Assembly: GCA_021613535.1 (NCBI GenBank) | Contig: CP075495.1 | Coordinates: forward strand, 3,410,001-3,474,000 | From: Adineta vaga | Taxonomy: Eukaryota > Animalia > Rotifera | Direction: 5' to 3' | DNA length: 64,000 bases | In this document: piece after piece, positions 12,429-26,300 of the stretch | How the letters are laid out: every line of letters begins with the position of its first letter | Position numbering within the stretch: the stretch's first letter is position 1 | Position numbers and translations under genes: made by a program | Notes under the pieces: model-generated | Told to the model about the DNA's origin: nothing | The model's database searches: none | What the model saw: the letters and a program-made list of their open reading frames with translations, nothing else

Positions 12429-13007
12429 TCACTCTATTTGAATAGGATTTGTTGAAAATGATAGCATTTCTTCGGAAATATAGTCTTCATTTTCAACTGA
12501 TGAAATTCTCGATAGAGTCCTACTTTCATCTGGAAACATTCGTCGCTGTTGATAATTGATAGCTGTTGTTATACACATATGACAAAGATCAAATGTAAGA
12601 AGAGAAAAATTTTCATAACAATCCATACAAAATGGAATTAAATCTTTGTTTTTAAGAATAAAATCCGTTAAATTCGTCGATAAAATTGACATACGTCTCC
12701 AACGTTGATTCGCTTCTTTAACACGTTGACGAACTAATTGATTTCTCTGTCGAGAAAAATTTGGTCGAGATGCTTTTATCATCACATCATGTTTGGAACA
12801 ATGTTTATTCGTTATATCCATATCACGAAATGTAATTGTTGAGGGTTTCATATCGGTGAATGTTTGTTGTTGTTTAGATGATAGACAAGAAAAACATGTG
12901 AAAAACAAACGAAATGAATTGATATATCGAGAATATTTCGATTGTTTAGTTCGAATTTGTGTACATGTTGAACAGGAACAATAATAAGATGTTATTATTG
13001 TGGACAT
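12429..13007 (-). CDS. Hypothetical intronless 192-aa protein (Cys-rich N-terminus, CMDC/CHMC pairs)
   Basis: ATG-initiated 192-codon ORF in an AT-rich genome, divergent from ALG10. No family recognised. Confidence 0.55.
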   Translation of the reverse strand: MSTIITSYYCSCSTCTQIRTKQSKYSRYINSFRLFFTCFSCLSSKQQQTFTDMKPSTITFRDMDITNKHCSKHDVMIKASRPNFSRQRNQLVRQRVKEANQRWRRMSILSTNLTDFILKNKDLIPFCMDCYENFSLLTFDLCHMCITTAINYQQRRMFPDESRTLSRISSVENEDYISEEMLSFSTNPIQIE

Positions 13008-13268
13008 TCATTCTCAAATGAATTTATCTTTCTTTTCTCATATAACATCGAATAAATGTTCTTTCCTTGAATAAACAATCAAGGTAATTTAGCGGATTAC
13101 AATAGATCAATGTTTTACTCTTTTTCTTTTACAATTAGTTTTTAAAGGTTAATCTTAATATTCAGAGAAGAATGAGAGGCGGATAGACAATTTACATTGA
13201 ACGGATATTTTGGTCAATGTTGATTAAAATCAACAAAATTATTTGTTTTTTTTTCTTTTCAATTTCAG

Positions 13269-15292
13269 ATGACTCGTTTAATGATTATTGAGTTTCTATG
13301 TTATATTTCTTTCGTTTGTATTACACTTTATCTCTTTATTTACATTCATCAACAAGTACCAGAACCATACATGGATGAATATTTTCATTTTCATCAAGCA
13401 GCAAACTATTGTTCAGGAAATTATAGACATGTAAATATTCATTATTAATCAACACTCTGGAGATATTAAAGTGATCTTTTGTTTTGTTTTATTTAAGTGG
13501 GATCCAAGTATTACAACACCACCTGGATTATATTTTGTCACACATATTTTAGAAATAATATTAAATAGTATACAAATTTTAACTCAAACATTTGGACAAT
13601 GTTCATTAGGATTAGCACGATTTACAAATGTGATTTTTATTTTAATATTACCATTTGTATTCATGAAATATCTTCAAAAGATAAAGAAAGAAGATGGACA
13701 AGTAAGTTGAGAACATTTACGAAAATGATATGTACGTCTATAATTTCTTCACTCGGAAATTCTTATAACGATATGATTTTTCAAAGAAAATGAGAACAAA
13801 TATTTGGATAATTAATTATCATAGAAAAATGAAGAATATCAATTGTATTTTAGACTTCTCTGTTATCTGGAATTTGCATCACTTGTCATCCATTAATATA
13901 TTTCTTTACATTTCTTTATTATACGGATGTTGGCTCATTATTTTTCGCCATGATTTCCTTAACAAGTCATGTTTATCATTATCATCTATATTCGGCAATG
14001 TTCTCTTTAATTGCTTTAACTTTCCGTCAGACGAATATTATTATCGTTGCTTATGAAATAGGTTTAACTATTATTGAAGAATTTCGTTCCAAATCGAAAC
14101 AAAGTCATATTCTACATGTTTATACATTACGTTCAAGTGATACAATTGATACAAAAGAATATTTTCTTGTTCTTTGGAAATATGCTCGAACAGAAATGAA
14201 ACTTATTTTAGAACTTTTACCAACAATTCTTTGGAAATGTCAATATCATTTCTATGTCATTTTATTATTTTTCATATATTTTATTAAAAATAATTATTCA
14301 ATAACACTTGGTCATCAAGAACATCATCAAATGGTATTACATTTAGCACAAATGCATTATTATGCGATATATACAGCATTCTTTGTTAGTGCTCATCTGG
14401 TAAGTCGATTAATTAAGAAATATAGATCGACGAAATACACGTGAGCATTGAAGTAGACACGTGAAATAGTACTAGAAATAAATTGTAATACGTGCAAGAC
14501 TGTACTCACAGATTTCTCATAAATATAAATTGAAGTAAGATTATGCAATGTCGTTTTCTATTCTACTCAATCAAATGTCATTCAAGTCATGTTTTAATTG
14601 TGAAGAGTTGTTGTTTGTAGAAAAAAGCTCAATAATTAAGACATCTATACTATTTCAAAAACGTGTTTATTCGTCATTTACATCAATGAGTTCTAAAAAT
14701 ATCTTCAATTTTTCTAGTTATTTTTGCTCATTAGTTCTTAGTATCGAAATGAACTTGTATAACTCTATAATTTGTTCATTTCTAGTTAACGGTAACAAAT
14801 TTTCTTCGTTTATATCATTTTCTTCGTACACATCCATTTGTTTTTCTTCTATTATTGATCTTAATCAATTTAAGTATAAAATACTACACTTATGAACATT
14901 TATTTCTTCTATCTGATAATCGTCATTATACATTTTATATTTGGTCACGTTTATTCAAACGTTATACACAATTTCGTTATTTAATAACGCCATTTTATGG
15001 TATAGCAATAATTTTACTCTACTTTCAAATTTATGATCGATCATTATTAAATATTCTTCTATTACTTATCTCCATTATATTATTAACTATATTTCAAAAA
15101 TTATTAGAATTTCGATATTTTATCTTACCATTTATTCTTCTTCGTTTAGCAATAAATGATAAGAAATCAACGAAATTATATATTGAACTTAGTCAAGCAA
15201 TTCTTTTGAATGGTATTACAATTTATATATTTTGTCATCGAACATTTATTTGGTCAACACAACCGGATATTATTCAAAGATTTATGTATTAA
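13269..15292 (+). CDS. ALG10: Dol-P-Glc:Glc2Man9GlcNAc2-PP-Dol alpha-1,2-glucosyltransferase (DIE2/ALG10); multi-exon
   Basis: VPEPYMDEYFHFHQAANYC...|WDPSITTPPGLY, FLYYTD, FRQTNI, LLSDNRHYTFYIW, QKLLEFRYFILP and C-terminal QRFMY. Confidence 0.95.
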
Positions 15293-17185
15293 TGAGAATA
15301 GTTCAAGTAACTTTTGCTCTTTTTTTTTATCGAAGATATTTTTTGTTTGTTGTCAAAAGTGAACTGTGTTGTTAGGAGGAAAAAAAAGAAAAGAAAATAT
15401 CCGTTACCTACATATTCTTTTTTTCTTTCTTCTTTTCTTCTCTGGTGAGTAATTTTGTCGTCAGTCAATATTTGATTATAATGCATAGAATTTTAGTGAG
15501 TAAAAAAAAGGTGGAACGACATAAAATACTACTTGTTAAATTAACTTCATATGTACCCGTTAAAAACCTTGTCTCGATATGTTCGTTGCCAATTTTTCAC
15601 AATCAATAATGTTTATATTATTATTGACGTTTTCCTTTCTCATTCTTCTTCATTTTTTCTGCATGTGCGTACGTGCCTCTATGTTTATCAAGAGAATAGA
15701 GAGGCGCTACTTAATCATATCTTCGAATTACTTGTTATTCTTATTCTAACGAGATAGTTTATTTTATGTATTAATTAAAGAAATCTATTCGAGTTTCATC
15801 GATGTAAGTTAATGAGTAAGAGGAGAGAGATTCACGTGATCTCTTGGCTTTTCTTCTGTGTTAGAAAGTTCGTAACGATCTTCCGGAGAATTTCTTCTAT
15901 TAAAAGATGTAATTATGTATAATTTTTCTTTGATTCTCGATTTTGTCATCTATTCTGTTTAGTCTAACTAAGAGCGTCATCGAGAGAAAAAACGCCGACT
16001 GCTATAAAATGAGTGCATTGAGAACGGAAGAAAGAGATACAGAATGAAAAAAAAGAAAAAAAAGAAAGAAGCACAGATTCTTCGACCTTGTGCTATAAAT
16101 AATGGTGTGCAGCCACCCAGGATTTCTCTCATTCTCTCTATAGAGAGCATTTTGCTTTTCTTTGCCTCTTTTTTGAAGCTGCATGTTCGTCTACGCATGT
16201 ATAAGAGGGAGAGAGAGAACGAGCGAGGGAGAAAAGACGCAGTGTATTTTAGTTTATATGTTTGTTTTGTATGCATGTTATGTGTAGTCTTTGTGTTGCA
16301 CGTCAATGTACACATGAACTTAATCGACTTCATTCGATAGAAGACCTGTACCGGTAAATAGAATTGAAAACTTTTGAAATTTGATGGCCTTGTCTTTTTT
16401 AATTGAATAAATAAAAAATTAATGTTCCAATTTTAGAAAATATAGAAAAAAGTCGAGTTCGGTAGCATTTCTATCTCGTCTATTTTTCTTCTTTTTCATT
16501 ATTTTGAGCTAAGAATAGACAGTAGTAAGTGGACATTTACGCATCATTTTTAAGAGTTTATAACTATTATTTTTTCAGTAAATGTAAGCAATTTATCAGT
16601 ATAATAGACAGAATTTTTTGTTGATTTTATCTTATTTATTTCAGAGCACGTTCATATTAAGTAATAGAATCAAATTTTATTCGATCTAATCTTCTAGATA
16701 ATGTATAAATCAAGCATTGCTTATTATTCAACAGAAAATATTCAATTTTTCACGCCACCAGGCCAAAAGATTATATAACTAACGAATGAAGCTACTAATA
16801 CAAAAAATGTCCTCAAACGTATGATATATACATAGACAAACAATAGTATCTCTCACTATGACCTTTTTCTCTCGTATTGTCTTCTGTTTTTTCCTTTTCT
16901 TCGTGTCCTTTTCTTCATATGTATACTCACGCGCTCGCATTTTTGAGTGAAGTAAGTATGAAACTGTCCTTTTTTCTTTCTCTTTGACGATGAATTCATA
17001 ACTATGATGGAGAAAAAGAAATTCCTTACTTCCTTTAGAATACATTTTACAAAAAAATAAAAGAGAAAGAAAGATAATTTTACTATCTACAGGTTTCTGT
17101 TTTTATTCTAGATAAATTAAAAATGAACAGAATATTCTAACATTCAAAACAACAACAACAACAACAACAACGAGAAGAAAAGATT

Positions 17186-19407
17186 ATGAACAGTAGTACA
17201 AGTGATATAAATTCATCAATGATCGAAATCGATAGTAATGATGATGAAAAATCGAAAAATAGTAGTGGTGGTAGTGATCAATACGATGAGTTGAATACAA
17301 TGGATCAACAAAATCGAGCACATATATCTCGATCAAGTATTGCGAGCAGTAGTAGTACAAGTCTATCAAATAGTGGAAGCAAACGTCAAAAAGATATTTC
17401 ACCGTGTTATGTATGTGGAGCAAAAGCACATGGTTATAATTTTGATCAAAGTAAAAAAGGTTTTTGAAAAGAAAAAGAAAGAAAACGATTGATTTCTTTT
17501 AGTTACCTGTGAATCATGTAAAGCATTTTTTCGACGGAATGCTTTAAAATCTATGGTACGTATCTCACGTCGTTCATGGAATTTTGTTTTTGTTAATTTA
17601 AAATTCTGTTTTTTTTTATTAAGGATAAATTTCGATGTCGAAATAATAATAATTGTGCGATAACATCATTAACACGTAAACGATGTAAACGATGTCGATT
17701 ATCGAAATGTTTCAAAGTTGGTATGTATTATTATTGGTTTTATTGATTAAGAAAAACTCATTCATATTTCGAATTGAAATTTAGGTATGCGAAAAGAATG
17801 GATTTTAACTGATGAAGAAAAACGTTTAAAACGAAGAAAAATTGAACGTAATCGATTAATTAAACAACAAACGCACACCATTGTTCCTCAGCAAGTCAAT
17901 CAAGATTCAATTCCAGCAAATGTTCAATCAAATATACCTCTATTATCTACTACAGAAGTATGTGTTAAACACAAATCTGAATATTTTCTTTTTTTGTTTT
18001 AAATTTAGCAATCATCATTATCGAGTTCTTCATATCCAGTGTTAACAAAAGTTAACGAATCGCCTATACTTCCTTTACCAATCATGTATATTCACCGTTC
18101 ATCCGATCGACACTTATACGAACGCCAACAATGTTTATTAACAAAATTATCAGATGGATATCAAATGATATGTCAACAATATCCTCAACCACAGAAATTT
18201 GCTTATCGTAATGGATTAATCGCTGAAACAGTTGAGATGGAATCAAAACTCATGTTAGTGAAAGATCTAACACGTGAATTAACTCAAATGACAACATCAC
18301 GTTTATTATATTATTTTTCTTTAATACCAGAATTTCAATTATTAACAGAATTAGAAAAAAAATCGATACTAATAAAAAATATGTTATCCGTTTTTATGTT
18401 CCATGGAGCATTGACATATAATCCTGATAATGATACATTTGTTGATCGAACAACAGGTTCGTTGAATATTCTAGTTAAACTTTTGTTTTTTTCATTGATC
18501 TTGTTTTAGCGGATCAACCTTACGATGCGAAATACATCTTATTCGTTTATGGACCACGAGTTTATAAACATTTTATTGCATTAGCAACCAAATTAACTTC
18601 TGTTACTTATCAATCACCACATGATAAAGAATCTGATGAACGTGCACATACAATATTTCTATTGTTGATGATTGTCCTTTTATTTTCGGATGGATTCGAA
18701 GCAGAATTTAATCTATCTTCTTATGAAAAAGGATCACAAAAGGCAATGGAAAATGAATCATCATCATCATCATCATCATCATCGTCATCATCATCTTCGT
18801 CATTACCTTCCTCATCACCAATATCGAAATTAAATGAGAAATTAAGTAGAATTCAACAATCTTATGTAGAAATAGCATGTCGATATTTACGTGATGCTTT
18901 TGGTTTAACAGTTGGACGACGAATGTTTCAAAATCTCCTACCATTATTATTTGGTAAATAGGTTTCTATTCGTCTTTCTATTCAATTCTATATTCATTTG
19001 AGATGTACAGACAATCTTATCAAAGGTTTTTTTTTCTATTAATAGAGCTTCAAAAACTTTGTTCTACATTAGCACATGTGAATCTATGTGAATTAGCTGA
19101 AGAAGATGATCGATCATCTTCATCAAGACCAGTGACAGTTTCAAGTCGTGAATCATTGACTTCTGAACATTCAACAACTCAATTACCTTCATCCCATTTT
19201 AATTCAACAATGATTAGTGGTACATCTCATTTGAATGAATTACAAAAAGAAAATCGTGCACCATCACCATCATCTACACTTCTAACAACAGGTCGTTCGC
19301 CACTATCAACTAATAATTTATCAACAGCAGTACCATCATCATCATCACCATCATCGACTTCACCTACTGTTCTTTCATATACTGTATCAACTATTGAAAA
19401 TTATTAA
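17186..19407 (+). CDS. Nuclear hormone receptor, NR1J (HR96/DAF-12/NHR-8-like) group; multi-exon
   Basis: C4 zinc fingers CYVCGAKAHGYNFDQ|ITCESCKAFFRRNA with the CESCKA P-box, CRNNNNC...RKRCKRCRLSKCFKVG|MRKEWILTDEEK, and LBD signature FSLIPEFQLLTELEKKSILIK. Confidence 0.9.
18758..18801 (+). repeat. (TCA)n coding microsatellite encoding a poly-Ser tract inside the receptor LBD
   Basis: tcatcatcatcatcatcatcatcatcgtcatcatcatcttcgtca. Confidence 0.9.
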
Positions 19408-20149
19408 GTATTGAAGAGAAAAAAACATGAACGTTATCTTTTTTTTATCAATGTGATCAATTCTATCATTTTGTATACTTCGGATTTTCTCGTTTTCTTT
19501 TCATCTGTTATAGCATATCAAGTCATACATAGATATATGATTATGATAATTTCTTCTTCATTTGTCGTATAATTCTCTACATATTTATAAATATGTATGC
19601 ATACTGGCTTGTATGAGACATTCCTCGTTTCATTTCTACCTTTTCACATATGTTCCTTTTGGTTTTTCGTTTTTCGGTGTTACTGATTGTTGTTTGTCTT
19701 CGGTGTTTCGTTTGTTTTCTCTTTCTTTCAACGTTGTCTGTGTTACTGTTGAGATTAAGTTTCTATATCCTCTAGATTTTGTACTTTGTGCGCAAGTGTG
19801 CCATCTCTCTTTCTGTTTTTGGCTTGTTTCTTCTTTGTCTCCTTTTTCTTTTACAGTTTTCTTTTGTTAGTACTTTTGGCATCTGATCTAGTGCGCATTT
19901 GTATTGCACAGGTGCACATGATGTTGAAGATGAAAAGAAGGAGAAGAGTGAAAAAAAACACCAATTATTCATGAGCAAACAAAATTGAATAGCATTTTGT
20001 TGTCAAAACTAGTGAATTATAACGACAATAATGATTTAGAGTTACTAGAGATTGATAACTTTGAAAAATTATATGATTTAATTCTTGTTTAAATCGATAT
20101 ATTTATCTTTCGAGGAAGAATAGTTAAAAAATACATAAAACTAACTAGT

Positions 20150-21571
20150 TTATAAAGGATAATCATCAGATTTGGTTGTTTTTTTCCATTGTCCTATCAA
20201 TGGATTATAGAATAAAAAGAATTCATCTTCAAGTGGGATATGTTTTATATCGGTATATTTAAGCTCAAATGAAAGTTCATTGTAATGACCAAAGAAATGA
20301 AGTTGAATATCGATTGATTTTGTATTCTTTGTTGATATTTGAAATAAAAATGGCTCACGATTTATTTGTTTAATTTCTTTTCCTTCACTTTTGATTTGAA
20401 TAGTTTTAAAAAGACTAAATGGAATATCGGGTTTATCTGGATCACGACCTTCAATCAAAATTTCATCATTTTTACTATCAGATGTATGCTGGTGTGTAAT
20501 TCGTACACGTCGACGGACAATCCATGGTGGAATAGGTATTTCTAATCTTTCCATTAAACCTTGCATGATTGTATCACTAAATGCATGGATATTAACTGTA
20601 GCTAATGAATATAATGGTGTTCGTTGTAGATTACCAATGAATAATTTTTTACCACGTTTGCCAACTCGTCGTGGAACATCAGCTGCTGGTGTAACTGTTA
20701 AACTAGAACCTTGAAAAACAAAATCAATAGAAACGAATTACTTTTCTAGATAAAAACTATTCTTCATTACCAAGTACAAGGCAAAGATCAGCTTTTTCTG
20801 CATGTGTAAATGCTTTCGTTATTTCTTCTTCAGGTAAATTTTCACCAAAATTAATAATTGAATCTTTTAAATATCCACCACAATCAGGTTTATCACATCG
20901 ACGTCCTGTGAAATGATCAAGACGTCCAGCAGCTGCATCATAATCACGTAAATAGTTTGCATTACATGTTGAACACGTTTCTAAATTCATATTACCATGT
21001 AATTCAGCTAAATATTTTGGATTCATTCCACTGCGTAAATGTAACCCATCACAATTTTGTGATACTAAACATTTTAAAATTCCACGACGTTGTAATTCAA
21101 CTAATGCCCTAAATGACATAGAACAAGAAATTCTTTTCTATTAACAATAAATTATGAATTATACATATGTGTCAGTGATGGAATAGCTTTATGCATATCG
21201 TTGATCACAACAGCTTTTTTTGATCGTGATGAATTATGACTAATTGAAAGGAAGAGTGAAATGCGATTTTCAAAATAAGTTCCTCGTATAGTTACTCTCG
21301 TAATTCCCATGCACCTGGTCCAGTTGGTAGAACTGTATCCATTGAGCTACGAAAATCTGGTATGCCTGTTGAAGTAGATACTCCAGCTCCTATGAAATCG
21401 ATATACATTTGTGTATACTGAAGATCATTTGTTAAAAAACCTACCAGTAAATACAATGAAATGTTTACTGTCTTTGATCGATTGAGCTAATTGATCTAGT
21501 TTATCATCCAATTTTTGTTGATCATCAAAATATTCTTTCTTCATTTCGTTGTCTGATAATCCATGAGCCAT
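20150..21571 (-). CDS. NAD+-dependent deacylase, sirtuin class IV (SIRT6/7-like); multi-exon
   Basis: FIVFTG|AGVSTSTGIPDFRSSMDTVLPTGPGAWE, LVSQNCDGLHLRSG, LAELHGN, Zn ligands CSTC/CDKPDC, DSIINFGENLP, LG|SSLTVTPAA, NLQRTP. Confidence 0.93.
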
Positions 21572-23323
21572 TTTTCTTCAGAAAACAAATTGCACTCGAT
21601 GTCTTCTCAAGACGATAGAATTGACAAATGACTGCAACAAATATATGTAAAGATGCGTCATATTACTTTCGCAAGTCATTTGCAATGACACGTGTAATCT
21701 CGCTAAAACAAAAAAACTCCATCACTTGTATGAGTGTTGATGAAGTCTTAATTAAGGGAATTTTATTTATAGTTAAAAAAAATAAGAAAAAGAAAAATAA
21801 TGATGAATAATATACTATTTCTAATGAAATAATTAGAAAAGATTGAATCATAGATGGTATTACATCATAATAGAATGACTCATTTATATTTATAATTTTT
21901 GATCGACTTTTAACGCATGAGTCAAAAAGGAAAACGTCAAGGTTAAACATTGATTTGAAACTATTTTCATTGATATTTCATATGGACATGTCATTATGAA
22001 TAACTTTATTTTAGATATTCAATACGTCTTTCTTTTATAGAAACTCAATTAATTCATCTACTGTATGAATATATAATCGATTAATTCAATTTTTTCTTTT
22101 GAATAAAGATTTGAGAATAAGTATTGTGAATTGATTTATCTGAGAAAAAAACTCATATTCAAATAATTTAATATTTATTCAAGTTTATCCAAAGCAGCTG
22201 GTTGAAATGTATTCTATAAAAAAAACATCTGTTCATTGAAGGAATATTTATTTTAGTACCAGAATAAAATCAACATATAGACAGTTCCAATCATGTAACC
22301 TTCAATTTCATATACAACATGTTGTTCTCCATAACTAATTTTATATCATCTGAATAGAGAATTTTCCGATTCTGCCATTTATTAATCTAATCCCTTGTCT
22401 CCTCTTTTTTTCTTCTTCTTCTTTCTTTCTTTCTTTTCTCTCTTTGTTCTTCGTTCTTCTCGAGTTTTTCTCTCTCTCTCTCTTTTATGTGTACTAACCT
22501 CTAATATTACTATCACCATCGCTACAAGCTCTTCGTGCACACAACCTAACATGTAAGAAAGTATTCTAGGAAAGAAAAGAACACTACTATTACTACTCTT
22601 TCGAGATGATGAGTTCACAGAAATAGATGTGACATAGAAAACATACGCTTTTTCCTCGAAAGAAAGAAAAAAAAGAGAACTAGAACAAATCCATTAGATA
22701 AGAATTTTTCCTTAGAAAACATGGCACGTTCAGTCACTAGACTCGTCATCGTTTAAAAGAATTATTAATATTGACCGATTCATAAACTGTTTATTTGTTT
22801 TGAATTTATGACAAACTTTTTTATACAATTTTTGAGAATGAGATAGAATAAGAGAAGATCAAAGAATAGTGTTCTGCATCTTCTCATGTACATTGCTAAA
22901 CATGATCGCCGACAATGTGCAGCATATATGAGAAAGAAAAGTCTACATGTGACTATTGACATTTTAATACTAACGTTGTATTTGATGAGACAACATTGAT
23001 GCTATTAGATGAAAGATTGAGAGGAAGAGAACAAAAAAGGAGTTTAGAATTAAGAAATGATCGAATTTGATTTTTATAATACAAATAAGAGAAAAAAGAG
23101 CGAAAAAACAATCTCATCGATAATTCATGATTTAGCAGAAGAAAGTAGATTCACATGTTTTTTTTATTCTTTCTCTTATTTTACACATTTTTCATTTTAT
23201 GTCGTAAATATTATATATTTAAAATCAGTCGATTTAATTATTCAAAAATCTTCTCATTTCACAACTTTTTTTGCTTTCTTGTCTTTCAGTTAATCAACTA
23301 TCGTGTTCGCTATTCATTGATCT

Positions 23324-26300
23324 ATGTTATCACGTCGATATTTACGTCGTAGTTTTCTTGTTATTCTTATTTTACCTATTGTTCTTTTATTTTCACTTGC
23401 ACTTTATCAAAATCGTCATGTAATATTCTCAGAAAATTCATCCGATCATCATCATCCGGATACTCATGATTCTTATTTATCTCATGATACTCTTCCTAAT
23501 CATAATCTCAGATATGATTTTCATTCTAAACCTTTAATAACTGAAAATCCAATACAATCGATTCGAAAAATACCACAAACTTCGCAAAATTTTCAACCAA
23601 ATGATAATCGACCTATGCAAAATTTCGATTTTATTCAACAAAATCAAACATCAATATTACCTGTTATCAAAACAGCGAATCTTGATCGTTTTGTGCATCT
23701 GGATTTAAAAGGTGCTGCACCAAAATTAGCTTATTTGGAAAAATTATTTCCCTATTTAAAAAAACTTGGTGCTAATGGTTTACTTATTGAATATGAAGAT
23801 ATGTTTCCATATACTGGTCGATTACGTATTTTACGACATGGTCTAGCTTATTCAAAAGCTGATATTGAACAAATACTACAATTAGCAGAAAAAAATCATC
23901 TTCAAGTGATGCCATTACTTCAAGTTTATGGACATTTAGAATATGTACTTAAATTAAAAGAATTTATGCATTTACGAGAGGATGTTCGTTACCCACAAGT
24001 AATAACACCTTGTCTCGAAGAAAGTTATCAATTACTCTTTGGTAATTTTGAAATCATTTCATAGAAAAGATTTTAAATGATGAATTTTTTTCCTTTTTGA
24101 TATAGAAATGATTGATCAAATGTTAATTCTTCATCCATCTATTCCATATCTTCATATTGGTTGTGATGAAGTCTACTATCGTTTAGTTCATCCTCAATGT
24201 AGTAATTTACAAATTCGTGATGATGTTGAGTTGTTTATCAGGTAAAATGTTTTTTATTTTTCTTATCAAAAGAAAGAAATGTTGTTTACAGAAAAAATAC
24301 AAAACAAAATTCTTTTTTTTTTCATTTTCATTATCCAAAAACTTTTTCATCTGCATAACAAACGTACAAAAAGCCATCTGTATCTTTATTTTCATTATAT
24401 AAGGTTTCCATTGTTGCACTTAATACTGGTTGTTTACCATATACTCCAATATAGAAAAATAGAGCATGTTCAGCACGTAAACGTAAACGTCGTCGAATAT
24501 TATAAGCAAATTGACCGAATGAGAGTTCCGATGGTACGAGAAATTTTTCATTATCAAGACGTGCTAATGTTGTCTCATTGCATGATGATGAGGATGAGGA
24601 TGTAAATGATCGAAATAATGATGTTGATAAACTTGAGGATGATGCTGACGACGAAGATGATAATGGTTGAACAATAACAGGTATACGATCAGGATAACGT
24701 CTTCGAATACGTTCGGATTCGAATCGACGTTGTTCAAGTGAATTTTCATGTTTATATTGCCAGTTCATTGTATATGATCAGAGTGATTGTAAGCACGTTA
24801 GTCGAATTTTTTTTGTCGTATGTTGTATATTAGTAGTACCACTACCGGTTTTTTTTGACAGGTTGGAGAGGGCAAAGGGCGTGTTCACAGTTATGCAATG
24901 AGAAATAAGAAGAGGTTAGCAGCACCTAATTGCTAATACACATTTAATGATCGGATCCAAATCGCAGCAGCAATAATGACAAACGAACGAAGAAAAAAAA
25001 CCCGAAGAAAAGAACGAAAGAAAGAATACGAACGTGTCGTTGTATATGCATACACTTCACGTATACATACATGTCTTAGTTTTCTCCTCCTCCTTCTGCC
25101 TTTTATTTTATTTATTATGATAATTTTTTTCAATTGATGACAGTATAACGAAAAGAACAACGCAGAAGGTGATGACATTCTTCTTTACAATTTTAAAATG
25201 TTAAATAACCACAAATAAAAAGGTTAAATCTTCAATAAAAATAAAAATGAAAAAAAGAAAAAATGAAAGACTTAAATTAACCTTAGATATTCAACTCGTG
25301 ATTTCTTCTTACTATGGGTTTTGTTTTAATCTATTCTTAGACATGTTACTCGTGTCGCTAAATATATCAAATCAAAACGAACAACAGTTAAACTTTTCAT
25401 ATGGCATGATATGATTTCACAACTTGTCAATTCAGGTTCCAATAATGTAAGCAAGACATTTCTATTTATCTTTCGAGTACCGCTACTTCTATTGTTTTCT
25501 TTTTGATTGACAGATTACGGAATTAATTGAACTTGTTGTACCAATGGTATGGGCATATGTGGATGATGTTAAACCATGGTTTGATGATACAGTGTGGATG
25601 AAGTAAGATTTCGCTTTTCTTTTTCTAACTATACAAATCATCATAATCATTTCATTTCAATCGAATTCAATCAATGAATGTGAGCACATCAATGAAGGAC
25701 ATTATCGAATACTTCATGTCAATACACTTTGTTGATAAACTATAATATAGCATATGTAATAGTAATACGAAGAATTCTTGAGATAACAACTTTATTCTCT
25801 TCTAAGCTTGTCTCTCATCCTTTTCGTCTCTTCTGAGACATTCGACTTTTTTTGTCCAAGAATCATTATTCATATCAAGGTTTTATATCGATAGATAAAC
25901 ACTTCACTTACCATCAACACATTCATCATCGTCATCATCATCATAAGTACTATTCACGCAAACAGCTTATCTAAGAATACTTCTTACCTCACTCGTCTTT
26001 CTTTCGTTTTCACCCGGCAAAGATATCAAACTTATTCATATATTTAGATTTGCTATGTTTCCTGAAGTATGGGTTGCAAGTTCTTTCAAAGGTTCGTCAG
26101 GTGAAACAACAACAATGAATTATATTGGTCATCATCAACGAAATCAACAAACATGGCTCGAAACAATGTATAGCGCTTTTCAAAAGTATAAAGTCAATTT
26201 TACTGGCATTGCAATCACTGGTTGGTCTCGATACGATCACATGCTTCCATTATGTGAATTTCTCCCTTCGGCTATACCTTCACTTGTCTATACATTACAA

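Noticed and set aside
15289-17045. Many short ORFs rich in K/R/E or F/L/S (e.g. 15977-16333, 16044-16340, 16779-17045)
   Set aside because: They are translations of purine/pyrimidine low-complexity tracts in the receptor upstream region, with no domain signal.
24279-24749. Alternative-frame ORFs overlapping ATG8
   Set aside because: They are shadows of the real minus-strand ATG8 CDS.
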